The notes below the pieces were generated by a model that made no database searches, was not told where the DNA came from, and saw only the letters and a list, made by a program, of their open reading frames with translations. A DNA stretch of 64,000 nucleotides from Candidatus Aegiribacteria sp. (GTDB taxonomy: Bacteria > Fermentibacterota > Fermentibacteria > Fermentibacterales > JCC-6), in NCBI GenBank assembly GCA_046498225.1, contig JAWOBF010000059.1, forward strand, positions 60,617 through 124,616, in the 5' to 3' direction. Numbering within the stretch: position 1 is the stretch's first letter; the number at the start of each line of letters is the position of its first letter. Made by a program: the position numbers and the translations under genes. Below are positions 48,353 through 58,283 of this stretch, piece after piece.

Positions 48353-49452
48353 ATGCCACCCTCTCTCCTGTTCAGTGATGATACCTTTGAAACGGGTTCT
48401 TGTTCCCTTCCCGTAAGAGCTTCCAGGACTCTCTCCCACATTCCGCCCACCGCCGCGCGGCTGTATTCGTCAACACAGGTTTTCCTGGCCTTCCTGCCCA
48501 TCCTCTCCACCAGCGAGGGATTGCGGAGAAGGAACTCCGCCTGGGAGGCCAGCTGCCGGTGGTTGCCCGGTGAATGCAGCAGACCGGTGACACCGTCCCT
48601 GACCAGGTCCAGCAGTCCGTTGGTGGCCGCCGCCAGCAGCGGAAGGCCGGAACTCATCATCTCCAGCCCCGACCTGGACACCGCCTCGCTGCCCAGGCTG
48701 GTAACCACGCCCAGCGTTCCACGGGAGATGACGGTCCGGGGATCCCGGACCCGGCCGGTGATGGACAGCCTCTCAGCCACACCGAGGTCCCGCGCGAAGG
48801 CCGAAAGCTCTTCTGCCGACTGCTGGCTGGGAGGACCCGCGATCACCGCCCTGACTCTCTCGGGCAGCAGGGGCAGGGCCCGTATAAGAGTCCGGTGTCC
48901 TTTCATGGGGCTCAGTCTTCCCACCGATACCAGGACAGGGTCGCCCGGAACCGGGCGGGCCGTGTACCGGAACCTCTCCGTGTCCACCGGATGCGGTATT
49001 ACCGCCACCGGGCCGGACCGTTCTCCCGCGTATCCCCTTTTCAGCATGAAGGGTGAGGGTAAGACCACCAGGTCCGTCCGCCTGTCCACGAATCTCCACA
49101 GCCTGCCGGACCGGGGCTTCCGTATGTCGCATCTCACCCTGACCGAAGGCACTCCCGGAGCCACAATCGCCATGGCCGTCTGCCCCTCGGCCCTGGTAGC
49201 GCATACGACGTCGGGGGCGAACCGCCTGACAAGGTTCCGCAGCGGCAGCAGCCCGGTGAGGAAGGAGGACCTTCGAAGGCTGAGACCGGCGGTCTCCAGC
49301 CCCAGCTCGCCGGCCGCGGCGGCCACAGGGCCGCCGGAAGCGGCCTGGACCAGCACCGAGTGCCCGGCGCCGGCCATCATCGAGGCCGCGGCCAGCCCTC
49401 CATCCGCCGATGCGTCTACACCGAAGCAGTTGATCGTGACAAGTATTCTCAA
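48349..49452 (-). CDS. Glycosyltransferase family 4 (GT-B)
   Basis: IPHPVD, VGRLSPMKG, SEAVSRSGLEMMSSGLP and VRDGVTGLL motifs. Confidence 0.87.
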   Translation of the reverse strand: MRILVTINCFGVDASADGGLAAASMMAGAGHSVLVQAASGGPVAAAAGELGLETAGLSLRRSSFLTGLLPLRNLVRRFAPDVVCATRAEGQTAMAIVAPGVPSVRVRCDIRKPRSGRLWRFVDRRTDLVVLPSPFMLKRGYAGERSGPVAVIPHPVDTERFRYTARPVPGDPVLVSVGRLSPMKGHRTLIRALPLLPERVRAVIAGPPSQQSAEELSAFARDLGVAERLSITGRVRDPRTVISRGTLGVVTSLGSEAVSRSGLEMMSSGLPLLAAATNGLLDLVRDGVTGLLHSPGNHRQLASQAEFLLRNPSLVERMGRKARKTCVDEYSRAAVGGMWERVLEALTGREQEPVSKVSSLNRREGGI

Positions 49453-49535
49453 AACACTCCAGAGGTTGGTCGGCGTTCCGATCGATCTTTATGTTCATCG
49501 CGCGATACAGCAATATACGAAGGAAAGGGGTCTTC

Positions 49536-50708
49536 ATGAACAGCTTCCCTCCGTCGAGGAGAATGACCGCGGTCCGAATGCCTCCAATAGCGCGTATAAT
49601 GGAGAGGATATCCACCCTCCGGGACGAGGGACGGAGGGTTTTCAGCATGGCCCAGGCGGTTCCCTGGTACTCGCCCCCGGAAGCCGCCCTTCGAGAACTG
49701 GCCGCCTCGCTGGACGACCCCGCCATACACAGGTACAGCCCCGACCCCGGCTTCCCCCGGACCAGGCGGGCGGTGGCGGACGACCTCGTGAGAAGGAGGT
49801 CCATAGACCTGGACCCGGGAAGCGAGCTGCATCTCACCTGCGGCGCCAGCCAGGCCTTCCTCAGCGCTCTGCTTTCGGTTACCTCCCCCGGTGAAGCGGT
49901 GGCCGTCCTGGAACCCTACTACTTCGATCATGTCTTCGCCGTTCGTTTCAGCGGCCTGGAACCCGTATCCATACCCATGACGGAAAGCTCCACCGGCTGG
50001 GAACTCCCCATGGACCGGCTGGTCTCGGCCATGGACCGGGTGCGCGCCCTGGTCCTGGTCAATCCCGGCAACCCCACTGGCATGGTGGTGCCGGACGAAA
50101 CCATGAGGGAACTGGTGCGGCTCACCGGGGAAACCGATACCTTCCTCATCATCGACGAGACCTATGAGCGCTTCGTCTTCACCGGTGACGGGTGGCATCC
50201 ATGGATTGAAGGGCGGCCGGAACACGTGCTCACCCTGGGCAGCTTCTCCAAGAGCCTGGGCATGCCCGGCTGGAGGCTGGGCTACCTGTTCGGGCCGGCG
50301 GCGCTGCTCGAACAGGCCATCAAGGTCCAGGACTCCGTGGTGATATGTCCCCCCTCGCCCTCCCAGCACCTGCTGGAGAATGCAATAACCGAAGATGACT
50401 GGATAAGGGAGATGTCAAAAGGGGTGAAGTACCGACTGGAAGCATGCAGAAAGGCTCTCTCCGGGAATGACAGCCTCTCCTGGAGAGAGGCCGGAGGAGC
50501 ATTCTTCACTCTGGCCGCGTACAGCGGGAGCCTCGATTCCGAGGAAGCCGCCCTTCACCTCCTGAACGAATACGGCATCGGGACCATTCCCGGGTCGGCC
50601 TTCGGCCCATCGGGGGAGAAACATCTCAGGATAAGCTTCGGCTGCCTGTCGGATGCAGAGGTGGCCCCGGCCATGGATGTGCTGTCGAGGGTCTCATTCC
50701 CCGGCTGA
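49536..50708 (+). CDS. PLP-dependent aminotransferase class I/II
   Basis: MAQAVP, GASQAF, PYYFDH, VNPGNPTG, IDETYE, SFSKSLGMPGWRLGY and LRISFG motifs. Confidence 0.9.
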   Translation: MNSFPPSRRMTAVRMPPIARIMERISTLRDEGRRVFSMAQAVPWYSPPEAALRELAASLDDPAIHRYSPDPGFPRTRRAVADDLVRRRSIDLDPGSELHLTCGASQAFLSALLSVTSPGEAVAVLEPYYFDHVFAVRFSGLEPVSIPMTESSTGWELPMDRLVSAMDRVRALVLVNPGNPTGMVVPDETMRELVRLTGETDTFLIIDETYERFVFTGDGWHPWIEGRPEHVLTLGSFSKSLGMPGWRLGYLFGPAALLEQAIKVQDSVVICPPSPSQHLLENAITEDDWIREMSKGVKYRLEACRKALSGNDSLSWREAGGAFFTLAAYSGSLDSEEAALHLLNEYGIGTIPGSAFGPSGEKHLRISFGCLSDAEVAPAMDVLSRVSFPG

Positions 50709-51230
50709 TCTCAATATCCTTCTGTACCGCCTCCTGGCCTCGAGCATGAAATCGTCGAACCTGCCGTCCCTGAAATCGGGAAAACTGTGATCGGGAGCGG
50801 TGAAGCTGCCGTGGCCGTACCGCAGGCAGGTATGGGCCCATACGCCCCTGCCCATGTAGATCTTGTCCGGTGCCTCCTTGAAGGAGGCCAGTACCAGCTT
50901 TCCGTAATCGAGATAGCCCGGGTCTATGTTCACCTTCCTCCTTCCCCCGGATGATGAACAGACCTTTTCTATTGAGCAGCAGAGGTGCTTCCAGCCTGTG
51001 AGTGAAGAGGGGTCTGCCAGCCTGCCGAACGCAAGCCATATCCTGGACAGGCCGCCGCCCATCTCACCGCGGTAGTAATCCGACAGGTCGAAGGGGTACG
51101 GCTCGCTTCGAAGCTCCGGGACTCCGAAGTGCTCGCGCAGGTCTGCGCAGGAAGTCTGCAGCGGCTGGTCCGCGGCGAAGATGAGGCTGACCATTGGCAT
51201 CACCGGAAAGGGTTCTACCGGGCCCGACAT
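50694..51230 (-). CDS. DUF4416 family protein
   Basis: FDLSDYYRGEMG, RKVNIDPGYL..KLVLAS.K...IY...G and FPDFR motifs. Confidence 0.8.
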   Translation of the reverse strand: MSGPVEPFPVMPMVSLIFAADQPLQTSCADLREHFGVPELRSEPYPFDLSDYYRGEMGGGLSRIWLAFGRLADPSSLTGWKHLCCSIEKVCSSSGGRRKVNIDPGYLDYGKLVLASFKEAPDKIYMGRGVWAHTCLRYGHGSFTAPDHSFPDFRDGRFDDFMLEARRRYRRILRSAGE

Positions 51231-52060
51231 GCTTCCCTCCATTCCCGTTCAGCCCGCAGGGCAATCCGCCGGCTGATGCCGAAGTGTTTCTCGATCCCCT
51301 CCGCGTAACCTTCTCCAAGCTTCTCGTTTCCCGTTCCGTGTCCGTCCACGCACCTCAGGTTCATGTTGTGGGCGGATATCCTGCGGCCGTCCGCCCTGAA
51401 ATTGGCGTGAAGGCTGTTCATGCCGGTGGCGTCGAAGGACCGCTGCCAGTGGCGGAGGAATTCCTCCCGGTCCACCGGGTTCGTCCGTACCCTGTACCTC
51501 CAGGTCCGGTTTCCGCCCTCCAGCGTGACCAGGTGGTAGGAATTCCCGGAAGCGGGCTCCCATATCATTTCCCCGCCCGGGATATGGAGCCTGCATTCCT
51601 TCCCTTCCGGAAGTCTCACCGGAAGCGGCACCAGGTATCCGGGGTCCGCCAGGTACCGCTCCCCGCTCCCGGTGAACACTGTCAGGGCGCAGTGAATGTT
51701 CATTCCGTGGCTCATGTCGGCCATCACCGGATGGCACCGGAAACCGGCGAATGAGAGTATGGCGCCCAGGGCTTCGGTCAGGGAGAAGCAGGTCCCGCCC
51801 GTACCGTGTTCGAGGTGCTCGGCGATGACCCTGTCCGCCAGCCTCAGCCGGCCCTCCGGAGGAAGGCCGCGGGACTTGGCCAGGAACTTCGTCAGGTTCT
51901 CCCAGGGTATGCGGGCGAATTCGGCCACGATCCTGTGAAGGAGGTCCCGGTCGGCCCTTCCGGGAAGAAGGCCGAAATGGTCGAAGAACATTCCCGCGGC
52001 CCTGTTCATGATGCGGCTGTCTTCCACCCGGCGGTTCCTCCTTCCATTTTGTATCTTCAA
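51215..52060 (-). CDS. Arylamine N-acetyltransferase family protein
   Basis: IPWENL, GGTCFS (Cys), HCAL (His) and YLADPG (Asp) triad motifs. Start uncertain. Confidence 0.8.
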   Translation of the reverse strand: MKIQNGRRNRRVEDSRIMNRAAGMFFDHFGLLPGRADRDLLHRIVAEFARIPWENLTKFLAKSRGLPPEGRLRLADRVIAEHLEHGTGGTCFSLTEALGAILSFAGFRCHPVMADMSHGMNIHCALTVFTGSGERYLADPGYLVPLPVRLPEGKECRLHIPGGEMIWEPASGNSYHLVTLEGGNRTWRYRVRTNPVDREEFLRHWQRSFDATGMNSLHANFRADGRRISAHNMNLRCVDGHGTGNEKLGEGYAEGIEKHFGISRRIALRAEREWREACRAR

Positions 52061-52096
52061 TAGTCCGCGCAGTTACCGGGGAGGTATGGAAGTTTA

Positions 52097-53086
52097 ATGG
52101 AAGACGGCCGCCTGCGCAACCTGAACGGTTTCTTCAGGAACACCTTCGGCGGGAAGGTGTACAAGGTGGGTCTCTGGGGAGGTTTCTCCTGTCCCAACAG
52201 GGACGGGACCTTCAGCACCGGCGGTTGCAGCTTCTGCAATCCCCTTTCCAGCCGCCCGGTCAGTTTCCATAATGGCGCGGACGTGCTGGAGCAGCTGGAG
52301 GCGGGCTGCAGATATGTAGCCGAAAGATACGGGGTCTCGGCTTTCCTGCCCTATTTTCAGGACTATACCACCACCTACGGCGATGTTTCCCGGCTGCGGA
52401 GGCTGTACACGGCCGTTCTCGCGCATCCCGGTGTGGTGGGGCTTTCCCTCTGCACCCGGCCGGACTGCCTGCCCGAACCGGTGATTGACCTTCTGGAGGA
52501 ACTTTCCCGGCGAACCTTCCTGTGGGTGGAGCTGGGTGTCCAGACCTCCGATGAACGGCTCCTTCGGGACATGAACAGGTGTCACGGAGCGGAGGAGTCC
52601 GGGGATGCCTTCCGTCGCCTTCACGCCAGGGGTATTCTCACCGGCGCCCACATGATACTGGGCTACCCCGGCTCCAGCGGACGGACGGTTCCGGATGACG
52701 CGGCGTTCCTTCGGGAATGCGGCGCCGCCGGAATAAAGCTTCAGAACTTCCATGTGGTAAAAGGTACGGCCATGGAGAAAAGGTACCGCAGTGGAGAATT
52801 CCGGCTGACGGGAATGCGGGAGTACGTGGACAGGGTAATTCAGTTCCTCGAGCACACCCATCCCGGAGCGGTGATAATGCGGCTGACCGGCCAGGCGCCG
52901 GCGCATCTGACCGTCGGCCCCCGGTGGTCGCTTGACAAGTCGGGGATACTGAAAGCTATTCGGAAAGAGATGGAGCTGCGGGACAGCTGGCAGGGGAAGG
53001 CGCTGGGCCATTCCAGGGATGCTCTCCGCGAGCCCTCCATCGCCGGGGAGCGCGGAAACGTCAGAACTATTGCAGGAACCCCATAA
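52097..53086 (+). CDS. TIGR01212 (YhcC-like) radical SAM protein
   Basis: SCPNRDG....GGCSFC, YFQDYTTTY, TRPDCL, VELGVQT and HMILG motifs. Confidence 0.9.
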   Translation: MEDGRLRNLNGFFRNTFGGKVYKVGLWGGFSCPNRDGTFSTGGCSFCNPLSSRPVSFHNGADVLEQLEAGCRYVAERYGVSAFLPYFQDYTTTYGDVSRLRRLYTAVLAHPGVVGLSLCTRPDCLPEPVIDLLEELSRRTFLWVELGVQTSDERLLRDMNRCHGAEESGDAFRRLHARGILTGAHMILGYPGSSGRTVPDDAAFLRECGAAGIKLQNFHVVKGTAMEKRYRSGEFRLTGMREYVDRVIQFLEHTHPGAVIMRLTGQAPAHLTVGPRWSLDKSGILKAIRKEMELRDSWQGKALGHSRDALREPSIAGERGNVRTIAGTP

Positions 53087-53173
53087 CCTGTATAGATTAA
53101 TCTTTCCGAACCGACATTATTCAACCATCCCGAAAGTCCGCTCTTTCGGAAACAGGAGAGCCTGGAGCAGCCC

Positions 53174-54550
53174 ATGATAGACAGGACACCAGCAGCGACC
53201 ATACTCGACGGCCGGCACACCGGGGAAACCGTGACCGTCTACGGGTGGGTCAGGACAGCCAGGTCGGGCAAGAACGTGACCTTCGCCTCGATAACCGACG
53301 GCTCCACGCCCTCCCCCCTTCAGGTGGTGTTCGAGAGGGACGGGTTCGGCGACCTCTCGCAGCTCACCACCGGGGCATGCATAAAGGTCACCGGCAAGGT
53401 GGTGGAATCCCCGGGGTCCGAGCAATCCTGCGAGCTGAACGCCATGGAACTGGAGGTTGTGGGCCCTTCGGGTGAGGATTATCCGCTTCAGAAGAAACGG
53501 CATACGCTGGAGTTCCTCAGGTCCATGCCGCATCTCAGGGTGAGGACCAACACCTTCGGCGCGGTCTTTCGAATGAGCCATCATCTCAGCCTGGCCATTC
53601 ACAGGTTCTTCGATGAGAACGGTTTCTACTACATTCACGCGCCCCTCATCACCACCAGCGACGCCGAGGGCGCCGGAGAATCCTTCCAGGTGACTTCCCT
53701 TCAGCTCGACGGCCTGAAGAAGGTGGACGGCGAAGTGGACTACTCCCTCGATTACTTCAGGAGGAAGGCTTTCCTCACAGTTAGCGCTCAGCTGGAGGCG
53801 GAACCCATGGCGCTGGCCATGGGAAAGGTCTACACCTTCGGTCCCACCTTCAGAGCGGACCCCTCCGACACCAGGTTCCATACGGCGGAGTTCTGGATGA
53901 TAGAGCCGGAGATGGCTTTCTTCGACCTGGAGGATGACATTGCGCTGATCGAGGAGTTCATCAAGTACACCGCCTCCTACCTCCGCCGCAGGTGCGAGCA
54001 GGACATAGCCTTCTTCGGCAGGTTCTACGAGAAGGGGCTGGAGGAGCGCTACAGGATGCTGACGGAGAGCGAGTTCGCCAGGATAACATATACCGACGCA
54101 ATTCGGCTGATGCAGGAAAGCGGTGAGAGCTTCGATGTCCCTCCCGAGTGGGGATGCGACATCTCCACGGAGTACGAGCGGTTCCTGGCGGACCGCCACT
54201 TCGGCTGCCCGGTCTTCGTCACCGATTACCCCTCTGCCATAAAGCCCTTCTACATGAGACTCAACCCTGACGGCAGGACCGTGGCCTGCACGGACCTCCT
54301 CTTTCCCCAGGTTGGGGAGATAGTGGGCGGAAGCCAGAGGGAGGAGAGGCTGGAGGTGCTTTCCGGACGTGCCGCGGAATGCGGTATTGACATCGAGGAC
54401 TACTCGTGGTACTTCGATATCAGGAGATGGGGCTCGGCTCCCCACGCGGGGTTCGGTCTGGGCTTCGAGAGGCTTCTGATGTACTTCACCGGAATGGAGA
54501 ACATAAGGGACGTGATACCATTTCCCAGGTCCCGGGGCAGGATGTTTTGA
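53174..54550 (+). CDS. asnS: Asparagine--tRNA ligase
   Basis: GWVRT.R, YPLQKKRH..EFLR..PHLRVRTN, DAEGAGE, YTFGPTFRA, EFWMIEPE, KPFYM, GGSQRE, GLGFER and NIRDVIPFPR motifs. Confidence 0.96.
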   Translation: MIDRTPAATILDGRHTGETVTVYGWVRTARSGKNVTFASITDGSTPSPLQVVFERDGFGDLSQLTTGACIKVTGKVVESPGSEQSCELNAMELEVVGPSGEDYPLQKKRHTLEFLRSMPHLRVRTNTFGAVFRMSHHLSLAIHRFFDENGFYYIHAPLITTSDAEGAGESFQVTSLQLDGLKKVDGEVDYSLDYFRRKAFLTVSAQLEAEPMALAMGKVYTFGPTFRADPSDTRFHTAEFWMIEPEMAFFDLEDDIALIEEFIKYTASYLRRRCEQDIAFFGRFYEKGLEERYRMLTESEFARITYTDAIRLMQESGESFDVPPEWGCDISTEYERFLADRHFGCPVFVTDYPSAIKPFYMRLNPDGRTVACTDLLFPQVGEIVGGSQREERLEVLSGRAAECGIDIEDYSWYFDIRRWGSAPHAGFGLGFERLLMYFTGMENIRDVIPFPRSRGRMF

Positions 54551-54599
54551 GAAAGAGACAGAACAGGATGTTTACGGTCAAGGAACAGGATGGAGAAAA

Positions 54600-57500
54600 A
54601 TGGACAGAGAAATGATAACCATCGACGGCAACGAGGCCACGGCCAGAATGGGCCACAAGCTCAGTGAGGTGGTGGCCATCTATCCCATCACTCCCTCCAG
54701 CCCCATGGGAGAGCACGCCGACGCGTGGTCGGCCCAGGGGAAGACCAACATCTGGGGCACCGTTCCCCTGGTCCAGGAGATGCAGAGCGAGGGGGGCGCC
54801 TCCGCCTCCGTCCACGGAGCCCTGCAGACCGGGGCGCTGACCACCACGTTCACCGCGTCCCAGGGACTTCTTCTGATGATCCCGTCCATGTACAAGATAG
54901 CAGCGGAACTCACTCCAGCGGTTTTCCACGTATCGGCCAGGAGCCTGGCCTGCCAGGCCCTCTCCATATTCGGCGACCACAGCGACACCATGGGAGTAAG
55001 GCAGACGGGGTTCGCCCTCCTCGCCAGCGCTTCGGTGCAGGAGGCCATGGACCTCGCGGTGATAGCCCACGCGTCCACGCTGAAGGCAAGAATACCCTTC
55101 GTCCATTTCTTCGACGGTTTCCGGACCAGCCATGAGATACAGAAAATAGAGATGGTCCCGGACGAGGTCCTGAGGAAGATGATGGACGATGAACTGGTGA
55201 TAGCCGCCAGGAACAGGGGTCTGGACCCCAACCACCCGGTCGTCCGGGGAACCAGCCAGAACCCCGATGTCTACTTCCAGGGCCGGGAAACGGTCAATCC
55301 CTACTACATGGCCACACCGGGCATAGTTCAGGATTACATGGACAGGTTCGCCGAACTCACCGGCAGAAGCTACCATCTGTTTGATTATGTGGGCGCTCCC
55401 GACGCGGAGACCGTAGTAATGCAGATGGCCTCCGGCTGCGAGACGGCCCACGAGACCGTGGAATACCTCAGTAACAGGGGAGAAAAGGTGGGACTGGTCA
55501 AGGTCCGGCTCTACAGGCCGTTCCACATCGATTCTCTCATGTCCGCCATTCCCGATTCGGTGAAGAACATAGCGGTGCTGGACAGGACCAAGGAACCGGG
55601 CGCTCCCGGGGAGCCGCTCTACCTCGACGTGGTCACCGCCCTGGCCGAGAACGGCAGGAGTGACATTCGGGTCATCGGCGGCAGGTACGGGCTTTCCAGC
55701 AAGGAATACTGCCCGGCTATGGTCAAGACCGTACTGGACGAAGCGGGCAAAAACAGTCCGAAGAATCACTTCACACTGGGAATCACCGACGACGTGACCG
55801 AAACATCCCTGGATGTGGACTTCGACTTCGAGCTGGAGTTTCCGGACACCATCCAGGCTGTCTTCCTGGGTCTGGGCTCCGACGGGACCGTAGGCGCCAA
55901 CAAGAACAGCATTAAGATAATCGGCGAGGAGACGGACAATTACGCCCAGGGCTACTTCGTCTACGACTCCAAGAAAGCCGGGGCCAGGACGGTCAGCCAT
56001 CTCAGGTTCGGCCCGGAGCCCATCAAGCAGACCTGCCTGATACGGTCGGCGGATTTCGTAGGATGCCACCAGAGCATCTTCCTGGAGAAGTACGACGTGC
56101 TGGGCTACGCGGCGAAGGGAGCCACCTTCCTGCTCAACTCCCCCTACAACAGGGACGAGGTCTGGGACATGCTTCCCAGGCAGGTGCAGGAAGCCATGAT
56201 AGAGAAACAGGTGAAGTTCTATGTGATAGACGCCTACGATGTGGCCCGGGAAACCGGCATGGGCGTCAGGATAAACACCATAATGCAGACCTGCTTCTTC
56301 GCCATCTCTGGAGTGCTGCCCAGGGACGAGGCCATCGCCAGGATCAAGGACGCCATCAAGAAGACCTACGGCAGGAAGGGCGATGAGATAGTCAGGAAGA
56401 ACTTCGAGGCCGTGGACCACACACTGGCGAACCTCCATCAGGTGGAATACCCCGACAAGGCCACCAGCAGCATAGAGGTCCCGCCCACAGTGCCGGAAGA
56501 AGCTCCGGAGTTCGTGCAGAGGGTGACCGCGAAGATAATAAGGATGGAAGGGGACGATGTTCCCGTATCCGACATGCCCGCGGACGGCAGCTGGCCCACC
56601 GGTACCACCCAGTGGGAGAAGCGCAACGTGGCGCTGGAGATACCGGTGTGGGAACCGGACATCTGCATACAGTGCGGCTTCTGCAGCCTGGTCTGCCCCC
56701 ATGCCGCAATAAGGATGAAGGTGTACGAGGATAAGCATCTCGAGGACGCGCCGGACACCTTCAAGCACACCGACGCGAAGGGCGGCAAGTTCAAGGACCT
56801 GAAGTTCACCGTCCAGGTGGCTCCCGAGGACTGCACCGGATGCGGCACCTGCGTTCATGTCTGTCCCGCCAAGAACAAGGAGGACAAGGACAGGAAGGCC
56901 ATCAACCTCGAGAACCAGCTTCCGCTGCGGGAACCGGAGAGTGAGAACTACAGCTTCTTCCTGGACATTCCGGACTTCGAGCGGGCGGAAGTCAACACCG
57001 CCAGCGTGAAGGAGACCCAGCTCCTCAGGCCCCTGTTCGAGTACTCCGGCGCCTGCGCCGGTTGCGGCGAGACCGCGTACGTGAAGCTGCTCACGCAGCT
57101 TTACGGCGACAGGGCCACCATAGCCAACGCCACCGGCTGCAGCTCCATCTACGGCGGCAACCTGCCCACCACTCCCTACGCCTTCAACGAAGACGGAAGG
57201 GGCCCCGCCTGGAACAACAGCCTGTTCGAGGACGCGGCCGAGTTCGGCTTCGGCTTCAGGCTCACGGCGGACAAGCATACCCAGGTGGCCAGGGAACTCC
57301 TGGAAAAGCTGGCATCGAAGGTGGGAGACAACCTGGCTAAATCCCTTCTGGAAGCGAAGCAGGATACCGAGGAACAGATAGACAAGCAGCGTGAAAGGGT
57401 CGCGGAACTCCGCGGGAAGCTCTCCGGTATCGATTCCGGGGAAGCCAGGATGCTGGAGAGCGTGGCCGACTACCTGGTCCACAGGAGCGTATGGGTGATA

Positions 57501-58133
57501 GGCGGGGACGGATGGGCCTACGACATAGGCTACGGCGGCCTGGACCATGTCCTGGCCCAGGGCCGGGACGTCAATGTCCTGGTACTCGATACCGGGGTAT
57601 ACTCCAACACCGGAGGACAGTGCTCCAAGGCTACGCCCCTGGCGGCGGTTGCCAAGTTCGCCTACTCCGGCAAGCCTCAGCCCAAGAAGGACCTGGCGAT
57701 GCTCTCCATGAGCTACGGCAACATCTACGTGGCCCAGGTGGCCATGGGAGCAAACTACGGACAGACGCTGAAGGCCTTCACCGAGGCCGAGAGCTACAAG
57801 GGCTCCAGCATCATCATCGCCTACACCCACTGCATCGCCCACGGAATAAACATGACCTGCGGCCTGGACGAACAGAAGAACGCGGTCCTGTCAGGCTTCT
57901 GGCCACTTCTCAGGTTCGACCCGAGGAAGATAGAGGAGGACGGAAAACCTCTTACACTGGACAGCAAGGACCCCTCCATCCCGTTCAGGGACTTCGCCTA
58001 CAACGAGGCCCGGTTCAAGAGCCTGGTGAAGACCATGCCGGAGCATGCTGAAAAGCTGATGAAGGACGCCCAGATTGAGGTAGACCGCAGGTGGAATATC
58101 TACAAGCAGATGGAGCAGATGACCTGGAAGTAA
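54600..58133 (+). CDS. nifJ: Pyruvate:ferredoxin (flavodoxin) oxidoreductase, homodimeric
   Basis: IYPITPSSPMGE, EMQSEGGA, GLGSDGTVGANKN, two CxxCxxCxxxCP ferredoxin motifs, SGACAGCGET and GGDGWAYDIG motifs. Confidence 0.97.
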   Translation: MDREMITIDGNEATARMGHKLSEVVAIYPITPSSPMGEHADAWSAQGKTNIWGTVPLVQEMQSEGGASASVHGALQTGALTTTFTASQGLLLMIPSMYKIAAELTPAVFHVSARSLACQALSIFGDHSDTMGVRQTGFALLASASVQEAMDLAVIAHASTLKARIPFVHFFDGFRTSHEIQKIEMVPDEVLRKMMDDELVIAARNRGLDPNHPVVRGTSQNPDVYFQGRETVNPYYMATPGIVQDYMDRFAELTGRSYHLFDYVGAPDAETVVMQMASGCETAHETVEYLSNRGEKVGLVKVRLYRPFHIDSLMSAIPDSVKNIAVLDRTKEPGAPGEPLYLDVVTALAENGRSDIRVIGGRYGLSSKEYCPAMVKTVLDEAGKNSPKNHFTLGITDDVTETSLDVDFDFELEFPDTIQAVFLGLGSDGTVGANKNSIKIIGEETDNYAQGYFVYDSKKAGARTVSHLRFGPEPIKQTCLIRSADFVGCHQSIFLEKYDVLGYAAKGATFLLNSPYNRDEVWDMLPRQVQEAMIEKQVKFYVIDAYDVARETGMGVRINTIMQTCFFAISGVLPRDEAIARIKDAIKKTYGRKGDEIVRKNFEAVDHTLANLHQVEYPDKATSSIEVPPTVPEEAPEFVQRVTAKIIRMEGDDVPVSDMPADGSWPTGTTQWEKRNVALEIPVWEPDICIQCGFCSLVCPHAAIRMKVYEDKHLEDAPDTFKHTDAKGGKFKDLKFTVQVAPEDCTGCGTCVHVCPAKNKEDKDRKAINLENQLPLREPESENYSFFLDIPDFERAEVNTASVKETQLLRPLFEYSGACAGCGETAYVKLLTQLYGDRATIANATGCSSIYGGNLPTTPYAFNEDGRGPAWNNSLFEDAAEFGFGFRLTADKHTQVARELLEKLASKVGDNLAKSLLEAKQDTEEQIDKQRERVAELRGKLSGIDSGEARMLESVADYLVHRSVWVIGGDGWAYDIGYGGLDHVLAQGRDVNVLVLDTGVYSNTGGQCSKATPLAAVAKFAYSGKPQPKKDLAMLSMSYGNIYVAQVAMGANYGQTLKAFTEAESYKGSSIIIAYTHCIAHGINMTCGLDEQKNAVLSGFWPLLRFDPRKIEEDGKPLTLDSKDPSIPFRDFAYNEARFKSLVKTMPEHAEKLMKDAQIEVDRRWNIYKQMEQMTWK

Positions 58134-58207
58134 CCTGAAAATGACCTGAAAATGACCTGAAAGTGACCTGAGAGTAACCTGGGAATAACCCGGAAGTAAC
58201 TCAAAAC
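58120..58207 (+). repeat. Degenerate 11-bp tandem repeat x8 (consensus TRACCTGRAAR)
   Basis: TGACCTGGAAG TAACCTGAAAA TGACCTGAAAA TGACCTGAAAG TGACCTGAGAG TAACCTGGGAA TAACCCGGAAG TAACTCAAAAC; overlaps the por stop codon. Confidence 0.85.
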
Positions 58208-58209
58208 CC

Positions 58210-58238
58210 AGCCCGGCCTCTTTTCTCGAGGCCGGGCT
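58210..58238 (+). terminator. Perfect 11-bp hairpin downstream of por; its right arm overlaps the repeated element end
   Basis: AGCCCGGCCTC-TTTTCTC-GAGGCCGGGCT. Confidence 0.65.
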
Positions 58239-58283
58239 AACCTATCTTACCTTTATTGACCGTTTAATCTCGTTTATGACTAT
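58229..58283 (+). repeat. 55-bp perfect direct repeat of 61068-61122 (contains the 24-bp element end)
   Basis: AGGCCGGGCTAACCTATCTTACCTTTATTGACCGTTTAATCTCGTTTATGACTAT is identical at both positions. Confidence 0.95.

Noticed and set aside
48353..49894. 513-aa plus-strand ORF, and similar long overlapping ORFs such as 15997-17532, 23568-25025 and 53117-54445
   Set aside because: All overlap well-supported genes on the opposite strand and lack motifs.
53087..53173. T-box or attenuator upstream of asnS
   Set aside because: Only 87 bp with one small hairpin (CCGAAAG/CTTTCGG) and no T-box consensus.
54486..57842. 1118-aa minus-strand ORF
   Set aside because: Antisense shadow of por/nifJ caused by GC3-biased codon usage; no recognisable motifs.
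58120..58207. Possible CRISPR array
   Set aside because: Units are 11 bp, contiguous and without spacers; no cas genes in the window.
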